This document shows positions 16,839 through 26,478 of a stretch of 48,981 nt of DNA, piece after piece. Both the position numbers and the translations under genes were made by a program. The stretch lies in NCBI GenBank assembly GCA_051002815.1, contig JBPCLX010000251.1:1-48981 (forward strand), given 5' to 3'. This stretch comes from Gemmatimonadaceae bacterium. GTDB lineage: Bacteria > Gemmatimonadota > Gemmatimonadetes > Gemmatimonadales > Gemmatimonadaceae. Positions within the stretch are counted from its first letter, which is position 1. Every line of letters begins with the position of its first letter. Below the pieces are notes generated by a model. It had not been told where the DNA came from. It made no database searches and was given only the letters and a program-made list of their open reading frames with translations.

Positions 16839-17581
16839 GCGAGAGCGCTCGTTATGATGGCCGGTCGGCTGACGAGCTGAGCGCGATGCTGGATCTGCCC
16901 CGCGTGGTGGTCCACGATGAGCTCCCATCGACACAGGACGAGGCGCACGCTCTGGGGGATGCGGGGGCCCCTCCGGGGACGCTTGTGCTGGCAGACGGAC
17001 AGGTTGCAGGGCGGGGGCGGGGTGGACGGTCCTGGCGGTCGAGCGGCGGCGCCGGAATCTGGATGACCTTACTCGAGCGTCCGAGCGACCCGGCGGCGGC
17101 AGGGGTGTTGTCACTACGAATGGCGTTGCGCATGGCGCCCGTGCTGGACCGCTGGACTTCGGCGATGGTACAGGTCAAGTGGCCTAACGATTTACATGTG
17201 AAAGGGCGAAAGCTGGCCGGGTTGCTTACCGAAGCGCGCTGGCGCGGCGGCCGGCTCGAGTGGGTGGCGATCGGGGTCGGCATCAATACGCGGCTGCCCG
17301 AGGGACTAGACGCCGCTTCGCTCGAGCCCGGCGCGGACCGGGTGTCGGTGCTGGCGGAGCTGTTGCCGGTCATGCGCGCGGCGGCGGCGGCATCCGGCAC
17401 GCTGTCGTCGGCGGAGCTTGCGCGGTTCGCCGACCGCGATGCAACGGCCGGTCGGCGCTGTCTCGAGCCGGCACGCGGTATCGCCGCTGGCATTACGTCA
17501 GATGGCGCGCTCATAATTCGGAACGACGGAGGCGCGCAAACCGTGGTACTCGGATCACTGGTGCTGGAGGAGCTCGCATGA
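16835..17581 (+). CDS. birA: Biotin--[acetyl-CoA-carboxylase] ligase (no N-terminal HTH evident)
   Basis: GRGRGGRSW motif and KWPNDL...GRKLAGLLTE. ATGA overlap with uppP. The longer tracked ORF (16472) is a 5' run-through inside uppP. Confidence 0.88.
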   Translation: MSESARYDGRSADELSAMLDLPRVVVHDELPSTQDEAHALGDAGAPPGTLVLADGQVAGRGRGGRSWRSSGGAGIWMTLLERPSDPAAAGVLSLRMALRMAPVLDRWTSAMVQVKWPNDLHVKGRKLAGLLTEARWRGGRLEWVAIGVGINTRLPEGLDAASLEPGADRVSVLAELLPVMRAAAAASGTLSSAELARFADRDATAGRRCLEPARGIAAGITSDGALIIRNDGGAQTVVLGSLVLEELA

Positions 17582-18354
17582 TTCTCACGATCGATGTCGG
17601 CAACACCGAAACGACGCTGGGTGTGTTCGAGGGTGAGACGCTACGTGCGCATTGGCGCACGGTCACCGAAGCTTCGCGCACGCCTGACGAACTGGGGTTG
17701 CTGCTTCGCGCCCTTCTGCAAGCGGTACCGGGCGAGGTGAAGCGGGTGCGCGCCGTCGTCATCGGCTCGGTCGTTCCGGCAGTGACAGGCTCCCTCACTG
17801 AGGCAAGCGAGCGGTGGCTGGATGTGCAGGCGCTGGTCATCGACCCGATGTCGCGACTCCCGATTCGGCTGCAGGTGGACGAGCCGTTGACGGTCGGCGC
17901 CGACCGGCTGATCAACACCCTCGCCGCCAGCCGGCTCTACAAGTGCGATACGATCGTGGTGGACTTCGGCACGGCGACTACTTACGACTGCATAACGGCC
18001 GACGGCGTGTTCCTCGGCGGCATCATCGCGCCGGGCATCCGCACCTCGGCCGAGACACTGATCCGGCGAACCTCCAAGCTTCCCGCAACGGAATTGGCCA
18101 CACCCGCGAGGGCCATCGGCACCCGGACGGAGGACTGCATCAGAGCCGGCGTAATGTTCGGGGCCGCCGACGCGATCGACGGCCTGGTTCGCCGTATCAA
18201 GCGCGAGTGGCCGACGGCCTCCATACCGCGTGTGATCGCCACCGGCGGACTGGCTGGAACGATCGCGCCGCTGAGCGAGGAGATCGACGAAGTAGACACA
18301 TTCCTCACCCTGAAAGGCCTTCGGCTGGCTCATACGCTATTGGCTGGCTCCTGA
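17578..18354 (+). CDS. coaX: Type III pantothenate kinase
   Basis: MILTIDVGNTETTLGVF and VVDFGTATTYD motifs. ATGA overlap with birA. Confidence 0.92.
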   Translation: MILTIDVGNTETTLGVFEGETLRAHWRTVTEASRTPDELGLLLRALLQAVPGEVKRVRAVVIGSVVPAVTGSLTEASERWLDVQALVIDPMSRLPIRLQVDEPLTVGADRLINTLAASRLYKCDTIVVDFGTATTYDCITADGVFLGGIIAPGIRTSAETLIRRTSKLPATELATPARAIGTRTEDCIRAGVMFGAADAIDGLVRRIKREWPTASIPRVIATGGLAGTIAPLSEEIDEVDTFLTLKGLRLAHTLLAGS

Positions 18355-18465
18355 CCCGGCCTCCGGGCGTAGCCGGTCATTTCGACAGCCGCAGTCTGCC
18401 GCAGTCCCGCCTAAATCGTTCAAAACAGCAGAGTTAGCTGGAATGCCCCCTGCTCATTGTGCGCC

Positions 18466-18493
18466 TTGACGTGGGACAGGTCGCGGGTATCTT
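18466..18493 (+). promoter_or_regulatory. Putative sigma-70-type promoter of groESL
   Basis: TTGACG (18466-18471), a 16-nt spacer, then TATCTT (18488-18493). It sits immediately upstream of the CIRCE operator. Confidence 0.5.
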
Positions 18494-18503
18494 TCGCTTA
18501 CGG

Positions 18504-18530
18504 TTAGCACTCACTCCGGTCGAGTGCTAG
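18504..18530 (+). promoter_or_regulatory. CIRCE operator (HrcA binding site)
   Basis: TTAGCACTC-N9-GAGTGCTAG matches the consensus TTAGCACTC-N9-GAGTGCTAA at 17 of 18 positions. It lies 54 nt upstream of the groES ATG. Confidence 0.92.
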
Positions 18531-18583
18531 TACCGACAAGAAGGTTCGGACGTATTCAAACACTGAAGGAGGGGTTGCCACTT

Positions 18584-18886
18584 ATGGCCACCAAGAACGC
18601 CGTGAAGGTCTCTCCGTTGGCTGATCGTGTTGTCGTGAAGCCGCTCGAGGAGACCGAGCAGATGCGGGGCGGGCTGTACATACCCGACACCGCCAAGGAA
18701 AAGCCGCAGCAGGGTGAGGTTGTTGCCGCCGGTCCCGGACGGTTCGAGAAGGACAAGCGCGTGCCGATGGACCTCAAGGTTGGGGACAAGATCCTCTACG
18801 GAAAGTACAGCGGCACCGAGGTAACGCTCGACAACGAGCAGTACCTGATTCTCCGTGAAAGCGATGTTCTCGCGGTGATCGGATAA
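18584..18886 (+). CDS. groES: Co-chaperonin GroES
   Basis: MATKNAVKVSPLADRVVVKPLEE...GGLYIPDTAKEKPQQGEVVAAGPG. GAAGGAGG Shine-Dalgarno at 18565-18572. Confidence 0.97.
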   Translation: MATKNAVKVSPLADRVVVKPLEETEQMRGGLYIPDTAKEKPQQGEVVAAGPGRFEKDKRVPMDLKVGDKILYGKYSGTEVTLDNEQYLILRESDVLAVIG

Positions 18887-18965
18887 GAGATCCGGGATGC
18901 GACGTGCGAGGCGGCCGCTCCGGCTTCTCGCAATTCGCCTTTCGCATCTCGCAACACGAACCTAA

Positions 18966-20621
<1,656 letters not shown>

Positions 20622-20647
20622 GTCGCACCAACCGCTGCAGCAGGACT

Positions 20648-20678
20648 CGCGGGGACCCGGAACATGCGGGTCCCCGCG
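20648..20678. terminator. Bidirectional hairpin between convergent groEL and the MBL hydrolase gene
   Basis: Perfect 12-bp stem CGCGGGGACCCG / CGGGTCCCCGCG with a 7-nt loop. There is no clear U-tract on either side. Confidence 0.6.
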
Positions 20679-20705
20679 TGCTGTCCGACAGCCCCGCGCC
20701 CATTT

Positions 20706-21512
20706 CTAAAGGGCGAACTGCAACTGCCGCGCGCGAATAGCTGCGGTCTTGGGCCCGAACGGACCACAAGGCTCCCGTTGTGATGCCAACGTGAGGCGCC
20801 CGGTGAATCGCGTTCCCCGCAGAGCGGCGGTCATGGCGCGATGAGCCGCCGCCGGGCTGTTGTTCTGTTCGCTCAGGTGCGCGAGGACGACCTCGCCAAG
20901 TCCGGCATGCGCCGCACCGCGCGCCAGCTGCCCCGCCACCCTGTTGGCAAGATGTCCACGGGCGCCGGCGATCCTCGCGCGGAGAAACGGCGGATACGAT
21001 CCCGTGCGGAGCATCTCCTCGTCGTGATTCGATTCCAGCACCATCACGTCGACCCGCTCGAGTGCACGCCGCAGCGCGTCGTTCGGACCCCCAAGGTCGT
21101 GGGCGACGGCCGCCCTGACTCCGGTACGCTCATCGCAGGCTACGATCGCGACCGGATCGGCGGCATCGTGGGCGATACGAACCGTCTGCACCGTCACTTG
21201 TCCAATACTCACCGTATCCCCGGCGCGAAACGGATGCGCGTTTGCCAGCGCGCGGCAGGCGCGCACCGTGCCCATGCTGGCGTGGGTCTCCCACCCCCAT
21301 CGTGAGGCGGCGGCCGCGGCGCCGCGCACATGGTCCGCGTGTTCGTGGGTGATGATCAACGCCTGCACCGATTCGGGGGATGCACCGCACGAGCGCAACC
21401 GCATCGCAAGCGTACGAGGAAAGAATCCTGCGTCGATGAGGATGCGCGTGTCCCCCGCCTCCAGCAGTATGGAGTTGCCGCTGCTGCCGCTGCCAAGAAC
21501 CCAGAGCCGCAT
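20706..21512 (-). CDS. MBL-fold metallo-hydrolase
   Basis: MRLWVLGSGSSGNSILLEAGDTRILIDAG and the ITHEHADHVRG (HxHxDH) motif. Confidence 0.85.
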   Translation of the reverse strand: MRLWVLGSGSSGNSILLEAGDTRILIDAGFFPRTLAMRLRSCGASPESVQALIITHEHADHVRGAAAAASRWGWETHASMGTVRACRALANAHPFRAGDTVSIGQVTVQTVRIAHDAADPVAIVACDERTGVRAAVAHDLGGPNDALRRALERVDVMVLESNHDEEMLRTGSYPPFLRARIAGARGHLANRVAGQLARGAAHAGLGEVVLAHLSEQNNSPAAAHRAMTAALRGTRFTGRLTLASQREPCGPFGPKTAAIRARQLQFAL

Positions 21513-22714
21513 CAGGCGCCTGCCCGGCCAAGCTCATGCGCCGCGGCAAACTGCCGGCGCGCAGACACGCCTAACGTAATACCGCGCCGGCCCATCGCCC
21601 GCTCCGCGGTACGCACGAACTTTTCGATGTCATACACGCCCAGCGAGCCGCCCTCGCCCCAGGAGAATGGCGCCACGTTTTTGGGCGGCATTGCCGCGCC
21701 ATGGATGCTGGAACCGGCCCCGATCACCGTTCCCGTAGTCAGGCGCAACCCGATGCCGGTCTTGACGTGATCGCCGAAAAAGGTCCCCAGCTTGACGAGT
21801 CCCGTATCCCGCATTCCGGCCGGGGTGGCCAGCGACACTGGCCCGTAGGTGTTCTTCAGGTTGCTCGTCGTAGTGCCCGCGCCGAGGTTCACCCAGCGGC
21901 CGAGCACCGAGTGACCCACGAAACCCTCGTGCGCCTTGTTCGCGTTCCCGATCACGATCGTCTCGCTGATCTCACCACGAATCATGCACCCCTCACCTAT
22001 CGAGCAGCCGGACACGCGATCGCCAAGGATAGTACTGCCGCCGTCTATCACGCACGGGCCAACCAGCCGGGTGAAGCCTCTGACCGTTGCGCCATTCCGA
22101 ACGAGCACGGGACCGGTTGTCGCATCGTACAATACGAACGGCTCGACGACTGCCCCCTGCTCGAGGTAGACTGGATGCTCCCCGAGAACGGCACGCGGAT
22201 CCGGCGCGGTGCACCGCAGATGTGGGCCCAGCCGGAAGATATCCTCGGTGAGTTGCTCCTGGAGTCCGGTGATGAGTCCCCACACCGTATCCAGCCATCG
22301 CCCCGGTATCGCCGAAGTTCTCGCGCTGGAAACGCACAGCGACTCCAGAATCGGAGTCTCGCCCTCGAACATTCCGGCGTCCAGCGGCTGCGCCGTGCGG
22401 ACCGCCGCGACTCTTCCGTCACACATCCATACGTCAGCATCGGAGCGAGACCAATCCACAGGGACTACGCACCGTGCATTTACGAGCACGGAGCCAGCGG
22501 GAATCTCATTGCTCGCAGCTGGTGGCGCGCCCGGCTCCTCGAAGTCCGTCAGGTGAACTGCCACGAGGAGGCCGGTTGCCGGCACCCCGAACGCGCGTTC
22601 CCATCGATGGCGAATGAGCATGGCGCCGGCACGCAGCTCCGACACCGGCCGCGTGAGGGAGAACGGCATGAACGTGCGCGCGACATCATCGTCGACCAGG
22701 TAGAGTGCCGTCAT
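21512..22714 (-). CDS. Putative sugar nucleotidyltransferase with left-handed beta-helix C-domain (alt-GlmU-like family)
   Basis: 400 aa. The N-terminus FMPFSLTRPVSELRAG is a degenerate NTP-transferase fold. The C-half carries hexapeptide-repeat-like segments (VGHSVLGRWVNLGAGTTTSNLKN, IGAGSSIHG). The family assignment is from memory and not searched. Confidence 0.6.
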   Translation of the reverse strand: MTALYLVDDDVARTFMPFSLTRPVSELRAGAMLIRHRWERAFGVPATGLLVAVHLTDFEEPGAPPAASNEIPAGSVLVNARCVVPVDWSRSDADVWMCDGRVAAVRTAQPLDAGMFEGETPILESLCVSSARTSAIPGRWLDTVWGLITGLQEQLTEDIFRLGPHLRCTAPDPRAVLGEHPVYLEQGAVVEPFVLYDATTGPVLVRNGATVRGFTRLVGPCVIDGGSTILGDRVSGCSIGEGCMIRGEISETIVIGNANKAHEGFVGHSVLGRWVNLGAGTTTSNLKNTYGPVSLATPAGMRDTGLVKLGTFFGDHVKTGIGLRLTTGTVIGAGSSIHGAAMPPKNVAPFSWGEGGSLGVYDIEKFVRTAERAMGRRGITLGVSARRQFAAAHELGRAGA

Positions 22715-23739
22715 TCGAGGTCGCGCACCGACGCCGGCAGCGTCTCCAGCAGCACCTTGAGATCGGCGGCGCGGTCCACCGTGGTTACGAGCGTGAGACC
22801 GTCACGGGCCACGACGACGAGATCCGAAACTCCATAGAGCACCACCGTCCCGCTATCCGCGTGCACTACGTTGCCTGACGATGCAACGGCGTAAACGTCG
22901 CCCGCCACCGCATTGCCGGCATCGTCGCCGGCCCGCACGCGGCGGAGCGCGGCCCACGTACCCACATCATCCCAGGCAAAGTCGCCGGCCAGCACCAGGG
23001 CGTGCGCACTGCGCTCCATCACGGCGTGATCGATCGAGATCGGTGTCACCCGCGAGAAGAACTGTTCGATCGTCGCGGACGCGGCGAGCGCGGGTGCGAT
23101 CTCCGGCGTGTGCTGGTCTAACTCACGCAACAGGTCGCGAACGCGCCAGACGAAGATTCCCGAATTCCACAGAAACCCCTGACTAATGAACTGCTCCGCG
23201 GTCTGCGCATCAGGCTTTTCGACGAATCTTGCGACTCGCCGCGCGCCGTTCACCGGCGCCCCAGGCTGGATGTAGCCGAACCCGGGATCAGGTCGCGAAG
23301 GCACGATCCCGATCGTGACCAGCGCATCGTGCAGTTCGGCCGCGTCGGCAGCCGCGGCGAGCGTTGCTCGAAAGCGCTCGGGCTCTCCCACTGTCCAGTC
23401 GGCGTGCACGGACAGCATAACGGCACTGTCACCCGCTCGCCGGCCAATCTCCCGCGCGGCCCATGCCAGTGCCGGACCGGTACCGGCGCCGCGCGGCTCG
23501 GCTATCACGTTCTCGTCAGGCAGATCTGGCAGAAGCTCGGTTACCGCCGCGGCGAGCGTCGCATTGGTGAGCACCAACGTTCGCTCGGCTGGAATGAGTG
23601 GACGCATTCGATCCGCCGTCTCCGCGAGCAGCGGACGCGTTCCGACCAATGGAAGAAGCTGCTTGGGACGCTGCGGAGTGCTCAGTGGCCAGAAGCGGGA
23701 ACCCACTCCGCCGGCCAGAATTACTGCCCAACGCGTCAT
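22711..23739 (-). CDS. manC: Mannose-1-phosphate guanylyltransferase (NTP-transferase domain only)
   Basis: WAVILAGGVGSRFWPLSTPQRPKQLLPL and FVEKPD...FLWNSGIFVW motifs. 4-nt overlaps with both neighbours. Confidence 0.8.
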   Translation of the reverse strand: MTRWAVILAGGVGSRFWPLSTPQRPKQLLPLVGTRPLLAETADRMRPLIPAERTLVLTNATLAAAVTELLPDLPDENVIAEPRGAGTGPALAWAAREIGRRAGDSAVMLSVHADWTVGEPERFRATLAAAADAAELHDALVTIGIVPSRPDPGFGYIQPGAPVNGARRVARFVEKPDAQTAEQFISQGFLWNSGIFVWRVRDLLRELDQHTPEIAPALAASATIEQFFSRVTPISIDHAVMERSAHALVLAGDFAWDDVGTWAALRRVRAGDDAGNAVAGDVYAVASSGNVVHADSGTVVLYGVSDLVVVARDGLTLVTTVDRAADLKVLLETLPASVRDLE

Positions 23740-24158
23740 GGCTGCCGGGCGGAAGTTCCCCCCACCGGCGCGCCCGACAACTCTACCACGCGCTGAAACA
23801 ACTTCTTTGGACTGAACGGCTTGGTGAGGAATTCGCTTGCGCCGAGCGAAAGGGCCTTCCGTTGGTATCGTTCTTCACCCGCCGCGGTGAGCACCACGGT
23901 TGGAATGCGTTCCCAATCCGGACGAGCCCGCATGCGTTCCAGCACCTCGAGGCCATCGAGAAAGGGCATCATGAGGTCCAGCACCACCAGGGCCACGTCA
24001 TCGTGCGCATCGAGGGCATCCAGAGCCTGCTGGCCATCGTACGCCAGAGTGACCCGGAACGGCCCGTGTTCCAGCTTGGTCTTGATTATTCGTCCGATGT
24101 GCGGCTCGTCATCGACGACCAGCACGTGACGGGGTTCCGCAACGCTGGATGCGCTCAC
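23736..24158 (-). CDS. Stand-alone CheY-like response regulator receiver protein
   Basis: VLVVDDEPHIGR, phospho-acceptor context VVLDLMMPFLDG, LTA, and conserved Lys in FLTKPF. 140 aa with no output domain. Confidence 0.9.
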   Translation of the reverse strand: MSASSVAEPRHVLVVDDEPHIGRIIKTKLEHGPFRVTLAYDGQQALDALDAHDDVALVVLDLMMPFLDGLEVLERMRARPDWERIPTVVLTAAGEERYQRKALSLGASEFLTKPFSPKKLFQRVVELSGAPVGGTSARQP

Positions 24159-24505
24159 ACCAGGCTCGCCAGGCGACCACGATTCCGCCGCAACTCATAA
24201 AGCAGCGGGCCGACCTCGTTCAGTGTAGCGAGCACGAGCAGAATGGCATCGCCGCCGATGGGTGAGACAATTGCGGCGCCCTCGCTGTACTCAAGCACCG
24301 CCGTAGCGAGATCGTGACGCCCGGCCTGCGATCCAAGCTCGTCGGCTGCACCCACCACCAGCGGTACCAGTGCTGCGAGACGCTCACTATCGATGCCCGG
24401 CGCACCAAGTGCATCGACCACGAGCCCGTCGCGTCCGAGTAGCACCACTGCCTCTACCCCATCCCGTGCGCGCAAGGCGCGTACAAGTTCCTGAATCGTG
24501 GACAC
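24155..24505 (-). CDS. Roadblock/LC7 (MglB-like) domain protein
   Basis: 116 aa. GVEAVVLLGRDGLVVDALG...AAIVSPIGGDAILLVLA matches the Robl_LC7 pattern. GTG start with a GGGAG Shine-Dalgarno 5-6 nt upstream. Confidence 0.75.
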   Translation of the reverse strand: MSTIQELVRALRARDGVEAVVLLGRDGLVVDALGAPGIDSERLAALVPLVVGAADELGSQAGRHDLATAVLEYSEGAAIVSPIGGDAILLVLATLNEVGPLLYELRRNRGRLASLV

Positions 24506-24556
24506 GCCAGGCTCCCGCTTCGTGGTTTGCGAAGCATAAGGCGGAGGGGAGCGAAG

Positions 24557-24579
24557 TCAAGCGAAGCCTGTTCGCTTGA
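24557..24579. other. Perfect 9-bp hairpin in the divergent intergenic region
   Basis: TCAAGCGAA-gcctg-TTCGCTTGA. It is embedded among three GCGAAG copies (24529, 24551, 24561). Confidence 0.4.
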
Positions 24580-24644
24580 ACTCGCTCATCACCACACGTA
24601 TCGTTCGCGGTAGCGTTCGCCCTTCCTCACGACCATACTCGCTC

Positions 24645-25196
24645 ATGATTCGCATAGTAATTGCGCTCACATTCACAGTGGCCGCGCTCGCCGGTTGTGG
24701 CGATCCCCTTCGAATTCGCCCGCAGTTCGATACGGTGGCGGATACCATAACTGTCTTTGCCGTGACGGGAACGCCCGTCATCGCTCCGGCTGCGCTGAGC
24801 ACCCTTCGTCACGAGGCCGTCCGTCTCGACCCATCGCGCGACTTCGACATCGTATTCGATATCAACGCCGATGGACGGGCAGTCCTCTATCCAGTGCAAC
24901 TCGTCGGCGGCAGCCCGGGGAATACCGGAATCCAGGTGGCCACTGAGAGCTACGATGCGATTCTCGAGGCTCCGACCGGCGGCTATGCACGCGACAGCGC
25001 GACGGTACTGGATGTCGGCGACGTGGCGCTGATCGAGGCGGAACCGGCGTTTTGCGCGGCGAGCCTGTACCGGACCATCTATTCCAAGCTCATCGTGGAT
25101 GAGATCGACCTCGTCAACCGCAGCGTTCGAGTCCGCATTCGGGTCGATCCCAACTGCGGATTCCGCAGCCTGGCGGAAGGGCTGCCGGAGCGCTGA
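24645..25196 (+). CDS. Hypothetical lipoprotein
   Basis: MIRIVIALTFTVAALAGCGDP is a short signal peptide plus a lipobox (LAGC). I recognise no family. The tracked ORF starts at TTG 24576. Confidence 0.6.
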   Translation: MIRIVIALTFTVAALAGCGDPLRIRPQFDTVADTITVFAVTGTPVIAPAALSTLRHEAVRLDPSRDFDIVFDINADGRAVLYPVQLVGGSPGNTGIQVATESYDAILEAPTGGYARDSATVLDVGDVALIEAEPAFCAASLYRTIYSKLIVDEIDLVNRSVRVRIRVDPNCGFRSLAEGLPER

Positions 25197-25199
25197 CGC

Positions 25200-26474
25200 G
25201 TGCACGACATCAAGCTGCTACGAGAGCAGCTCGACGCCCTCCGAGCCGGCATGCGCCGGCGCGGAAAGCTCGAGGAATTCGCGCCACGCCTGGACCGGAT
25301 CGCCGCGCTCGACGTCGAGCGCCGGCGCCTGATCGGTGAAGCCGAGCAGCGTAAGGCAGCGCGAAATTCGGCGAGCCAGGAGGTTGCCCGCCGCAAGAAG
25401 GCCGCCGAGCCGGCCGAGGAGCTGATCGCCGAGACTCGATCGCTCGGCGAGACGATCTCCGAACTGGAGGGCTTACTGCGAGAGGTCGAGAACGAACTGA
25501 CCGGCGCCGTGCTCGAGATCCCCAACCTGGTGCTCGATGATGTTCCCGAGGGCGGGGAGGACGATGGAGTCATCATTTCCACCTGGGGCGAGCCGCGCCG
25601 GGACAGCGGACTCGCGCCGCATTGGGAGATCGGTGAGCGGTTAGGCATCCTCGATCTCGCCGGGGGAGTCAGGATCGCCGGCTCCGGCTTCATCACCTTT
25701 CGAGGGCTGGGGGCCAGGCTCGTCCGGGCGCTCATGGGGTGGTGCCTCGACGTGCACACGCGCGAGCACGGCTACGAGGAGGTATGGGTCCCGTTCGTCG
25801 CCAACCGGCAGACGATGACGGGAACGGGACAGCTCCCCAAGTTCGAGGAGGAGCTGTATGCCGTTCCACGTGATGGGCTGTTCCTCATCCCCACGGCCGA
25901 GGTTCCGATCACCAACCTCTTTCGGGACGAGATTCTCGACGCCAGCCGGCTGCCGCTGGGCGTGACGGCATACACGCCCTGCTTTCGACGGGAGGCCGGT
26001 GCGGCAGGCAAGGACACACGTGGACTCCTGCGGGTCCACCAGTTCGACAAGGTGGAGCTCGTCAGGTTGTGTGCTCCGGAACAGGGGGCGGCGGAGCTGG
26101 AACTGCTCACCCGGCACGCTGAGACGTTGCTCGAGCGCCTGGGGCTCGCCTATCGACGGAAGCTGCTCGCCGCCGGTGACACGGGCTTCGCGAGCGCCAT
26201 GACGAACGATCTCGAGGTGTGGGCTCCGGGAGTGGAGAAGTGGCTGGAGGTGAGCTCATGCAGCACTTTCACCGACTTCCAGGCGCGGCGCGCCAACATC
26301 CGTTATCGCCCGGAAGGCGGTGGAAAACCACAGTTTCCATTCACGCTCAACGGCTCGGGTCTCGCCTTTCCGCGCATCATCGCCGCCCTTCTCGAGACAT
26401 TTCAGCAGAAGGATGGCACGGTGAACGTTCCCGAGGCGTTGTGCCCCTATCTCGGAACGGACCGGCTCCGGTAG
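25200..26474 (+). CDS. serS: Seryl-tRNA synthetase
   Basis: N-terminal coiled coil (MHDIKLLREQLDAL...), class II motifs FRREAG..G.DTRGLLRVHQFDKVE and TLNGSGLAFPR. GTG start. Confidence 0.96.
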   Translation: MHDIKLLREQLDALRAGMRRRGKLEEFAPRLDRIAALDVERRRLIGEAEQRKAARNSASQEVARRKKAAEPAEELIAETRSLGETISELEGLLREVENELTGAVLEIPNLVLDDVPEGGEDDGVIISTWGEPRRDSGLAPHWEIGERLGILDLAGGVRIAGSGFITFRGLGARLVRALMGWCLDVHTREHGYEEVWVPFVANRQTMTGTGQLPKFEEELYAVPRDGLFLIPTAEVPITNLFRDEILDASRLPLGVTAYTPCFRREAGAAGKDTRGLLRVHQFDKVELVRLCAPEQGAAELELLTRHAETLLERLGLAYRRKLLAAGDTGFASAMTNDLEVWAPGVEKWLEVSSCSTFTDFQARRANIRYRPEGGGKPQFPFTLNGSGLAFPRIIAALLETFQQKDGTVNVPEALCPYLGTDRLR

Positions 26475-26478
26475 TCGG

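Noticed and set aside
18352-18382. Hairpin TGACCCGGC...GCCGGTCA followed by TTT after coaX, as a possible terminator
   Set aside because: The stem is only about 8 bp with a bulge and an 11-nt loop, and it is followed by only three T residues. That is too weak to report as a feature.
18439-18453. Sigma-54-like element TGGAATG-N4-CTGCT upstream of groESL, with correct GG/GC spacing
   Set aside because: Only the GG and GC dinucleotides and a few flanking bases match TGGCAC-N5-TTGCW. A sigma-70-like promoter plus CIRCE already explains the region, and no enhancer-binding-protein context is present.
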